The notes under the pieces are model-generated. The model did not search any database, was not told the DNA's origin, and was given only the letters and a program-made list of their open reading frames with translations. Below, piece by piece: positions 13,870 to 25,000 of a stretch of 64,000 nucleotides of DNA. Numbering within the stretch: position 1 is the first letter of the stretch; each line of letters begins with the position of its first letter. The position numbers and the translations under genes were made by a program. Origin of the DNA: Octopus bimaculoides (Eukaryota); the NCBI RefSeq assembly GCF_001194135.2, contig NC_068986.1, positions 21,286,891-21,350,890 of the forward strand, read 5' to 3'.

Positions 13870-14823
13870 TAGACTATGACAGTATGATGTATGTGTGCAA
13901 ACTGCAGTAAAACATGGGCTATTACTGCTGAGTGAGGACATGCACAGGTTTGAAAGAAATGAAGCTAGTATGATCTGCTGGATGTGTAATGTCAGGGTGC
14001 ATACACGACAGAGTTGGACATAAGAAGCATCAGATGTGGTGTGCAAGAGAGATGGCTGCACTGGTATGGTCATGTGTTATGTATGGATGAGGATAGCTGC
14101 GTGAGGAAGTGCCACTCACTAACTGTGGAAGGTACTTGTGGAAGAGTTAGACCCAGAAAGACAGGATGAGGTGGTGAAGTATGACCTTCGAACACTGGGC
14201 CTCACAGAACTAATGACAGGAGACCGAGACCTTTGGAGATATGCTGTGATTGAGAAGACCCGGCAACTAAAGTGAGATTGCAGCCATACATGTCCAGCCC
14301 AGTTAAGAGTAAACGTGATGCATCAGGCGATATGATATACTTGAGAAGACCTGTTGAGTCAAGTAAAACCAAAATCGTAGCTGTGGCCAGTGCCTCGACT
14401 GGCTCCCGTACCAGTGGCATGTAAAAAGCACCATCCAAACATGGCAGATGCCAGTACCCTCTGACTGGTTCCCATGCTGGTGGCACGTAAAAAGCATGAT
14501 CTGAACATGATTGATGCCAGGACCTCGGGCCGGTGGCATGTAAAAAGCACCATCTGAATATGGCTGATGCCAGAACCCACTGACTGGCTCCCGTGCCGGT
14601 GGCACATAAAAAACACTATCCAAACATGATCGATGCCAGGCCTGCCTGACTGGCTCCTGTGCTGGTGGCACGTAAAAAGCACCCATTACACTCTCAATGG
14701 TTGGCGTTAGGAAGGGCATCCAACCGTAGAAACCATGCCAGCAGTCAAACCGCCCAACCCATGCCAGCAGTCAAACCGCCCAACCCATGCCAGCATGGAA
14801 AACAGATGTTAAATGATGATGAT
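13870..14823 (+). mobile_element. 5'-truncated RTE LINE: ORF C-terminus, 3' UTR with about 62-bp tandem units, (GAT)n tail
   Basis: HWYGHV...GRVRPRKT...DRDLWRYAVIEKTRQLK* (stop at 14273-14275), about 5 tandem units at 14385-14690, tail at 14813-14823. Confidence 0.85.
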
Positions 14824-14861
14824 TAAATATAATGAAACAAACTTCATATTTTCTTAAATTC

Positions 14862-14867
14862 TTTATT
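14862..14867 (-). terminator. Candidate eIF3c polyadenylation signal AATAAA
   Basis: First minus-strand AATAAA after the stop, about 120 nt downstream and just before a LINE insertion. Confidence 0.55.
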
Positions 14868-14988
14868 TGCTATTTGGATACAGAAACAGAGAGGAGTATA
14901 AGCAACTTTTTTTTTTGTTTGTTCTGATATAAAATATCCATGCCGTGTCAAATAAAGCATTTTAACTTCAATTAGAATGCCACGTGGG

Positions 14989-15026
14989 TTAATAATTACG
15001 AGTATTCCTGTTAGGACGGCGACCCA
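14989..15026 (-). CDS. EIF3C: eIF3c terminal coding exon ([12 protein letters not shown])
   Basis: Strong acceptor tttattgtctttcttttgcag, phase match, TAA at 14989-14991. Confidence 0.78.
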
Positions 15027-16824
15027 CTGCAAAAGAAAGACAATAAAGGTTCATTAATGGTAAGCTATGAAATAACCAACAAGATTTAATAATGCATTAC
15101 ACTGACATGTTAAACTGCTTCTAGTTTTAACCTTCTCAGACCTGGGCCCCTGTGTAACTTTACCCTCCACTGGGGCTCCTAAGCAAAAAAAAAATAAATA
15201 AATAAATAGTTGCATCTACAGCTCCAGAGTAACGATTGCAAGCAAACTAACAGACAGAATCAGTAACATCTTTTTCTATGTGCGTTGTTCATTACTGCTT
15301 TACTTGGAATTTGGCAGAAGTGTCCCCAAGCTTTGTTTAGAACTTAACTTTAATATACAAAATAAAGGTGTTACTCTAACTTTTAGAGGCTCAGTAACTG
15401 AGAGTTTGCTGAACTAACATAAAAGGTCTTCAATTGCATTTTTCTTTAATCGAAGAACAATATTTTAAATTACCTTAATTACAACCATTAATTTATTTAT
15501 AATCAAATTACAGCGTTATAATACTTTCCACAAATATTCAGACAAATATCTCAAACTAATATGAATGTAAAACAGACAAAAGAATAAAAGGAATTCTACT
15601 CACATTTAATTCCCCACTGGTCACGATCCCTCTGCTTCCAGTTATCGCGTTTTTCTCTATCAGTCCAGTTTCCAGAACGGTCATTTCTACCACCCCATTT
15701 TGAATCACCACGTTTATTCCATTGGTTGTTGTCTCGTTTATTCCAACGGCCAGCTTGTTGATTGGCATCATAACCTAATAAAAAATTTCGATATTATTAT
15801 TATTATAACACATAATTATAAAGAGAGTCCATTTTTATAATAATAAAGATAATGAAATTGTTGTGTAGTGTTCAGGTGCACTACAACTCATCAAAGGTGC
15901 ATGGACAGTACAGAGAATTATGTACAAAAGCCAGGAAAGTGAACAGTGTGTGAGTCATGATATACATGTGTGCATGCGTATGGAGGGGGGGGGGTATCAG
16001 GTGTAGTGTTGGTGAATTTCAGGAAGCATGGAGGTTCTAGAAATTCAGAACATTAAATATCTCAGATTACAAGTAGCAAAATATCCAGGAAATATCCAGG
16101 AAAAGTCGGGAAAGTAAGCTTCCACAGAAGTGAGTTAATAACCCAGGTTCAATTTAAGGTTCATAGTGATGTGCAACAGCCATTTTGTAAATGGCATGTG
16201 TCTGGAAGGGCTTGGCTGCCTCAATATATACACATATACATGTATTATAAATAAATATATATATATGCTTTGCACATGTCTAGCCCAGGCTAACATAGAG
16301 AAACAGACACAAAATGATCAAATATACACACGCACACACACACACACACGCACGCACGTATATGCATACACACACATCTTTTATCGTTTTTTTTTTAGTG
16401 TCCACTTTTCTATGCTTGTGTGGATCAGAGTTTATTGAAGCAGATTAGCTATGGCCAGATGCCTCTCCTGTTGCCAACCCTTCCCTGCTTCCAAGCAAGG
16501 TAATATTTCCCACTGGCCAGACATGTTTCTGCAGAATATCGGAAATAAATGACATTCATTTTCAATAACCACACAATGTCAGGACAAGGAGGAACACACA
16601 CACACACACATGACGGGTTTATTTCAGTTTCCCTCTACAAGAGCTATAGTGCAAGGAACTTGCCCAAGGTATTACACAATAGGATTGAACCCACAACCAT
16701 GTAGTTGGGAAGCAAACATCTTAACCACACAACTACACACTGCAAGTATGGAGCCACACCTGCATGCATTTCATATATCATCATCATTTAACATCTGTTT
16801 TCCATTCTGGCATGGATTGGACAA

Positions 16825-16860
<36 letters not shown>

Positions 16861-16870
16861 NNNNNNNNNN

Positions 16871-16906
<36 letters not shown>

Positions 16907-19900
16907 CATGCAAAATAGCCAAAATATGGTGTGGAGACATATTAAAGTAACTAAGAGACTTGATGTCTCTTACATATTTTTTTCATTACACTTTAGTGGA
17001 TATAAAGAAACTAAAAGAAAAAAAAACTACTAACCAGACTTATAGTAGTTAAGACCAGGTTTATTTTCCAGTATACGCTCGTTGTTTTCCACCAAATTGG
17101 CCACTTTCTCAGATAATTGCAGAGCCAAAGATTGCAGGCGACTTGGTTCTGTACGATGCATAACGACAGTTTGAGTTGGCTCGTCCAGGGACGCCTAGAG
17201 AATTTAAGAAAAACAAAAATTTAATTTGATATTCCATAACAAGCATATTTAAGAATGTAATATAACAAGCCTGATTTACATATAGCCTTTGTACTAGAAA
17301 CTCAAAATAAGTCTGTTTCATAGCCAATTACTGTAAAAGTCAACAGTCAAGTTTTATTAAAACTGATGGCATGCAAACATTAGATGCACACCAATTTCAG
17401 CAGCATATTTTCAGGAAAAATAGTTTTTAGTGCATTAAAGCTCATGGGAGGTCCAACTTCATTTATAGGATCTGGAGTGATTTTTTGCCCCCACCCCCTT
17501 TGGGATGGGGGTGGGGGTCTTATCTGCTATGGTGTATATTTCAAACAGGAAACTAAACAAAATTTTCAGATACTAGATCACTTAACTGAATAATAACAAA
17601 TGAAGAAAATACTGTATACTGTTGGAATTTATTGGCGCAAGAAGATTTGAATTCTCTGAACATAGCTGTACTCATACAAAGACAAAGAGAAAATATCAGA
17701 ATGCAGTGCAGCATCTGCATAAATATATAGCAAAACACTTAATAAAGTAACATAAGACTAGCTATCTTAATATGTTGAGATTAGCAGTAAATATTGATTC
17801 ATTGCAGGTTCCATCAGCTAATTCACAACATAAAGAAAATATTATTTTAGATTATGGTCTCATTAAGGTAGCAAGCTGGCAGAATCATTAGCACATCAGG
17901 CAAAATGTTTAGCGGTATTTCATCTGTCTTTACATTCTGAGTTCAAATTCCACCAAGGTCAACTTTGCCTTTCATCCTTTTGGGGTCGATTAAATAAGTA
18001 CCAGTTGCGTACTGGGGTCTATCTAATCAACTGGTTCCCTCCCACTAAATTTCAGGCTTTGTACCTATAGTAGAAAAGATTACTGTCTCCTCGTTAAGTA
18101 TTAGGTTTTCATTTAATTGTAAAATAGACATGCAAGCATAAATATTCTGAAGCTAAAATAAGAGGGCTAAACTACTGAATGCAAAATTAATGAAATATAC
18201 TTAAATAAATTTACATAAACTACGAGTTTATGGTATACAGTGCTAAGGTGCACTACATACAACTCATCAGAAAAGGGTTAAAGGCGAGAAAGAAAGCAGC
18301 AGCTTAAAGTACAAAGTATACAGGATAAAGCAAGAAATGACAGAAAAGCAAAGAGGAAAAGAGAAATAAAGAGGAAAAGAGAAATAAAGAGGAAAAGAGA
18401 AATAAAGAGGAAAAGAGAAATAAAGAGGAAAATCTCCATGGACACATCAAGAGTAGTGTTAAGGAGTTTCAGGAAGCATGGAATCTTTGAAGGATGCATT
18501 GTCCTAGCAGTTAAAAACTAATGCAGACAGTTTACTCCATGCATTAACAATGCCCAACTTGGAAAACGTGTCCAGAAGTCGTGGATGCTGTACTGTGTTT
18601 TGATTTTTTATAAGAGTGTTCACGGGTTGCAGAAACATTAAATTTAAAATGGTAATCAAATAGGGTAAAGAACCCCTTCGGTTACAAATGATCATGGGGT
18701 TGCACTTAGAAAATTCCCTTCTGAAGCACAAGTCCAGTCAAGGTTGTTTGTGGAAGACCAGCAGTCACACATGCATACCAGCCTCCCCTCTCCACGACAT
18801 CAATGCAGTCCAATTGGAAGGCAAAGGCTGATAAAAACTTGGCATCAGTGACATTGGAACTCATTTCTACAACTAAGTGAACTGGAGCAATGTAAAATAA
18901 AGTGTCTTACTCAAGAACACAACACACAGCCTGGTCAGGGAATCAAACTCACAACTGCACAATTGTAAACCCAATGTTCTAACCACTGAGCTTCGTGCCT
19001 TCAAACAGATAAATATAGTAACTACTGAGAAACTCGAGTGATAAACAAAAATATTTACCATAAGCTCTTCATTAAGGATCATCTTGCTGATGATAGAGTG
19101 GACAACAGGGGGGGTCAGTTGAAACATTTCACTGAGAGCATGCATACTGAGAGTGTCATAAACACTGCTGTAGGTGAACAAATAGGTACGAAGACTCTCT
19201 TCTTGAATCTTTTGAGTAATAAGCTGGCGGACTTTATCAGCTTGTAAGAACAAATCCCAAACCTTAAAAAAACAAAAAATTCAATTTTAAAATAATGAAA
19301 AATGTTTTATAAAAATACATAATTTAGTTCCTTTATAAAATTATTTCCACAAATAATTGGCAACAGTGGCAAAAACAAAATAATAACTCAATACAAACTA
19401 CAGGACAACATTAACCAATGTATCTCACACCTACCCTACAATGTTATTCTACATTAAGTAATTACACCATCAAGATCTTGAAGATGAGATAATGCCTGAT
19501 TAATTCAAATCAATGTGAATCAATAAACATATTATGTTTGATAGAATAATCTGAACACTAAAGGGTTAATGTGTAATTTGAGGTAGCTGTTATTTCAAGC
19601 TCATCATAAGTACAGTTTTAGTTTTGGGGTGCAGTGTGGTGGTAAAAAAAACAAAAAAGGTGAATTTAATAATTGCCTTTAGTTTTAAACTATTGAAGCT
19701 GACCATCTGGAATGTTACATTTTTCTTTTCTTCACAATAATGGAAATGGTATGTTAAAAGCACCATTCGATATATGATGAAATAACATTTTGGTCTACAC
19801 AATACTTTGAAATAGCCAAGCCAGGAAGCTAAAACTAGTATAGCTGTACTTAAAATGAAGACTCAGCTCGAACTTTTAAATTGATAGTTTTACTCGTAAT

Positions 19901-21972
19901 ATATTGCAAGGGTATCACTGAATTATCCCCCCTGATATTGCTTCTCCATTGTGCTTGCAAAGAAAATGATTGACAAGTTTTTTTTTTTCTACTATAGCAA
20001 ATGAAATAAAGTGAAATGCTCTTTGAGACATATTTGTAAGGGAAGTTTGGTAGATGAAAACAGTGCAAAGGCACGTTGTGTGCGTATGTGTTAATATGGC
20101 TGTGTATGTAATTATGCATACCTGTGGATGTATGTGTGCATACGTATAAATACACACTGATAAATAAGTAGAAACTTACTTTTCCATTCATTTTCTCATT
20201 AATAACAAAATTCTTGCAGGCCTCCCAATCTCCAACTTTCATTGCCTTTGAAGCAGCCACAATGTGCTCCCTCATGCTCTCTGGCGGGCCAGTCAAGGTC
20301 TGCCTCTCACTGTTCCGCAGCAGGTTGTGATAATTACGACTGATCATGCGTCTCCTCGCATCAAACTCATGCGCTGGAATAAAAGATTGTAAATCGTAAA
20401 TAATCAAAAATAGAATTATTTAAAAACTGAAAAAATGAATTTTTTAGAAAAACCTTAGAAAAACTAAATATACACATCACAGTTGATGGATTTAACTCCA
20501 AAGGACATCATAAACACAATTTCATGAAGTGCAGTGGTTGTAAGATAACGATTTTGTTGCCATATTTTTGTTGGAATACACTGCCTTTGTTGCAATTAAT
20601 TTTTTTAAGTAATTAAGAATTCACTAACATAAATTAGTCATTATAAAGCGGGTGTAAGGCAGCTAGCTGGCAGAAACGTTAGCACGCCAGGCAAAATGCT
20701 TAGCGGTATTTTATCTGCCTTTATGTTCTGAGTTCAAATTCCGCCGAGGTTAACTTGCCTTTAATTCTTTCAGGGTCGATAAATTAAGTACCAGTTGCAT
20801 ACTGGGTAAATCTAATTAACTGGCCCTCTCCCCCAAAATTTCAGGCCTTGTGCCTAGAGTGCAAAATATTATAAAGCTGGTGTATGGAATATAAATCAAC
20901 ATGGAATTTTGATGGAAGGTTTTAATTAAGATTATTTCAAGAGAGGGTCTTTATATGGTAGAAACAAGGCCGGTCCCAGGCAGGTTGATGCCAATGAAGT
21001 TGTTGGCCAAACAAGTGATTACAAGTGTTTTTGCATTGGATAAAACAGAACTCCAAGGAGATCAGTAGCCAAAGAGTCCTTCGCCAGGGTAGAGTTTATT
21101 GGAGAGAAATAAAATAAAGACAACAAAGTTTTACATCCTCCTATATGAGGAAATTTGGATGGAACTGATGAGGAAAGTAAGACAACATGAGCTTCATACT
21201 TGGACAGGAAGTAGTAGGAGAAACTGAATGAGGGAGAGAGAGAGAAGAAGAGAAATCAAAAGAGAAGAGGCAAGGGTGAGGTGGAGGAAAAAATTGAGAT
21301 AAGAAGGTAACTAAAGGATAAGAATGGGATCACTGTTTAGTAATCCCATTCTTATCCAGCTGTCTTTCTTTGATTTCATTCTTGTCAATGTTATCCTGAA
21401 AGACTGTCTGCAATGTTGCATATTCCACTCCCCATAGCAATTTCACTATACTCATTCTGTTACTTTCTCCAATGTCTTTAGGTGCAAACAATAAAAATGA
21501 TTTGAAACGATTTACTATACCTGCCATGTATGGTATTTCAATAAGCATAGCTGAAACCAGATATACACATTCCAAGAGTTCTAAATTAATATGCATATGG
21601 TAAGGCATCTGTCTACGCTTCTCTATCAATTCTTGCTCTGGAGTCCGTTCATGTTGTCTTTGTAAAAGTAAACCCTGGAAACGAGGCAAAATTCAAGTCT
21701 CAATTGTTAAAATATTTCATACAAAAAGAACACATTTGAATAAATATTTGAACAAGAGCATTAAAAAAAAAAAAACTTAATATAGATTAATTTCTTGAAG
21801 ATAACCAAAACAATTTTGTCGGTCTCACACACACACACACATACGATAGGCTTCTTTCTGTTTCCATCTACCAAATCCACTCACAAGGCTATAAAGGTGC
21901 TCATGGTGCTGCACAATGAGATTGAATCTGAGATCACATGGTTGGGAAGCAAGCTTCTTAAACATACACATG

Positions 21973-22003
<31 letters not shown>

Positions 22004-22032
22004 TACAAAGAGAGAGACAGAGAGAGAGAGAC

Positions 22033-22069
<37 letters not shown>

Positions 22070-25000
22070 TCTAAGTTTGTTCCAGATTTCATTACATTAT
22101 TTGCCAATTTAGATTAATGGTCATGATAATGGAGATACATCCAAATATTTCAAATGAATGAGGAAACTCAAGTAACTCAAATGAAAATATACAACTTTAT
22201 TATTTCATTTGATAATGGCAGGCAGCAGAATTTTCTTGAGATGGTACAGTAAAAGAATCATCTCAAGTGTAACACTATATTGGTTATCACTTTGTGCTAC
22301 AGCCAGAATGATTTAAAATTAAAACAGGATAGAATTTTTTAAATGCTACAAAGCATCTAATCCAGTATTCCAGGACTCCAAATGAATGATTTCTTACACG
22401 GGGCCAAAAAGCCATAGACTTATAAGGAAGGGGAGCAATTGAAGCAAGTTTGTTATGTGATAGCTGACTTATTTTTGGCATTCCTGGATGAACGTGAACT
22501 CAAAAATCAAAGAGAGAGGAAAATTTTAATACTGTAAAGTATTTAATCCAGCATTCAACTGCTACTTCATTCTACCATGTTTAAAAATGTGAAAATGAGG
22601 ATCATCCTCATCATCATCGTCGTTAAACGTCTGCTTTATATGCTGGCATGGGTTAGACGGTTTGAATGGGGACTGGCAAGCCAGAAGGCTGTACCAGGCT
22701 CCAACCTGATTTGGCAATGTTTCTACAGCTGGATGCCCTTCCTAACACCAACCACTCCAAGTGGGTGCGGTGCTTTTTACATGTCACCAACATGGGACCA
22801 TTCAGGCAGGAATGGCATCAACCACGCTCAAATGGTGCTTTTTACGTGCCACCGGTATGGGAGCCAGTCAGGCAACACTGGCAACAATCACACTCAAATG
22901 TTGCTGATTACGTGCCACTGGTACAGGAGCCAATTAGGCAGCACTGCCATAACTTTAAAATGAATTAAGTCCACAAAGTTACTGGGTTGAAATATCAATC
23001 AAATAAAGAACTGGCAATTATTTTATCTACTTCCAGCCAAACCTGAATTAGACTTAGAACATACAGGGGGAAAAACTAAATGCAAAAATAATATTTCACA
23101 GTTAGTGAGCGAAATGAAAAATTCCCATTCAAGTTGTGGACGTTAGATGGAAAAATTGCAATAACTATCAAGGAAGATGAGTGAAAATCGAACAACACTA
23201 CTAACCTGAGCCAACAATTCTTTAGCACGTCCAATGGAAAGGATATCAACAAGTGCATTATGGGCATCCTTTATCAAACCTTGCCGGAAAGCGCACAATC
23301 CTAATTGCACCATTGTACGATTGTACTGGATCTAAAAATGAAATGATTCAATTAATACAACAATACAAAATACATTAAAAGAAATCATCTACAAACTTTG
23401 TCTTAAACAACATTCCTGACTTTAATTCAAACATACAAACTACTATTAACACAGGTCTAGTTAGTGATTTCAGGAGAAACTTATTTAAAATTTTGAGTCA
23501 TTGTCTTGTATTCAACCCTTTAGCATTTAAAGGGTCCAAATGCAAACAAAATATTCTACCTGTTTTATGTTAGAACTAGCCAGATGCAGCCTCTTACACC
23601 TAACCTACAATGTTATTAAAATAATAAACAAATCTTCAAAACCTCAATGCTACGATATAATTCAAAACAATTTGAATAGATAAGCATTCTGAATGCTAAA
23701 GGGTTAAACTGGAGGTAGCTGATGAAGTAGAATGTTCTCTATGTGGCTTGTGTGTTTTCTCGTCTCTGTTTTGTTTGCAATGTCCTGTACCCAGATATGC
23801 ACCTATACATACAGGTGGATGTCGGTATGCACATACCTGTACGTATATATGCATATACTCATTTACTATTTATATATATATATATATATACTATATTACT
23901 TCATTTTGGTAAAGATATTTTGGCCAATAATTTATAGCTAACAAGACATTCACCCCTTATTCTCCATTTGATGAAGACTTGTTATATATTTCATACTTCA
24001 CTGAAACTTCAGTCTACACATGCAATTCGTTCATTTATTTATTTGGAAAAATTTTAAGTAAAAAAGTTGGATCTATTTCAAAACGGGGGCACCAGTTTTC
24101 ATTTATGTTTTATGTAGTGTTTTTGGTACCGAAAGACTTTCAAACTTCGTATACTTATTCGTATACTATTTTGTGTTATAGAACAGAAAAAGATTTTTGT
24201 ATTCGAATTTATTTCATGTAAAAAATTGTCTTATTTCGATAATTTCTACTAATCACTGATGTCTATTCAGTTGAAAACAGTTAGCGCTGTAACGGTGTAT
24301 ATCATATTAATACCCTAACCCTAACTAGACTTTTAACCCTAACCCTAACCCTAACTCTAGAATCCGAACTCTAAAATTGTTACACACATAGATACACACA
24401 GCGTAATTTATTATATAAACAATATATGCATATAAATTACGATTAAACCAGATGAAATATGTCACAGGGAATAACATTTTTATGACCGCCCAGCAGTAAC
24501 TCTATTCAGCTGAATAGACGTCAGTGATTGGTTGAAATTACAGAAATACGACAACTTTAACATGGAATAACTTGCGATGTACGTTTTTTTGTTAAGAAGA
24601 CTAAGAGTAAAAGATGTTTTATATGACACATTCTACCAGTGTCCCAAGTTTCAAAGTGTTTCGTTAGTGTTTCGTTAAGAAAATACTGGTGCCCCCGTTT
24701 TGAAATAGATCCCAAAAGTTTTATATAGTTCTCAATATTATTATAATACTGTTATTAATATAACATTATTATATTTGAAAGGATATCAATAGATGCCCTT
24801 CCAAATGCAACTGTGAAGTAAAACCCTCAAATCTAATAACAATGTTTTCAGATTGATACTCTACATAGCATGTGGCCAACTATCACATACAAACTTTGAC
24901 TGATAGTTCTATAGTTTAGTGGCTACAATTACATATATACTGAAGAGTTTTCTCCCTTAGATCCGAAACATTTCCCCTATTTTATTTACCCAGCCAAGTT

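Noticed and set aside
14385-14690. CRISPR-like array of regularly spaced units (also 52210-52515)
   Set aside because: Whole units are homologous with no unique spacers, there are no cas genes, the context is eukaryotic, and the array is part of an RTE 3' UTR.
14733-14795. 26-bp tandem duplication in the LINE tail
   Set aside because: A local slippage event at CCATGCCAG microhomology within a repeat; no sign of function.
15556-15771. ORF-track protein [10 protein letters not shown]...
   Set aside because: It is an alternative frame of eIF3c exon 20; the splice phase selects the Trp-rich frame.
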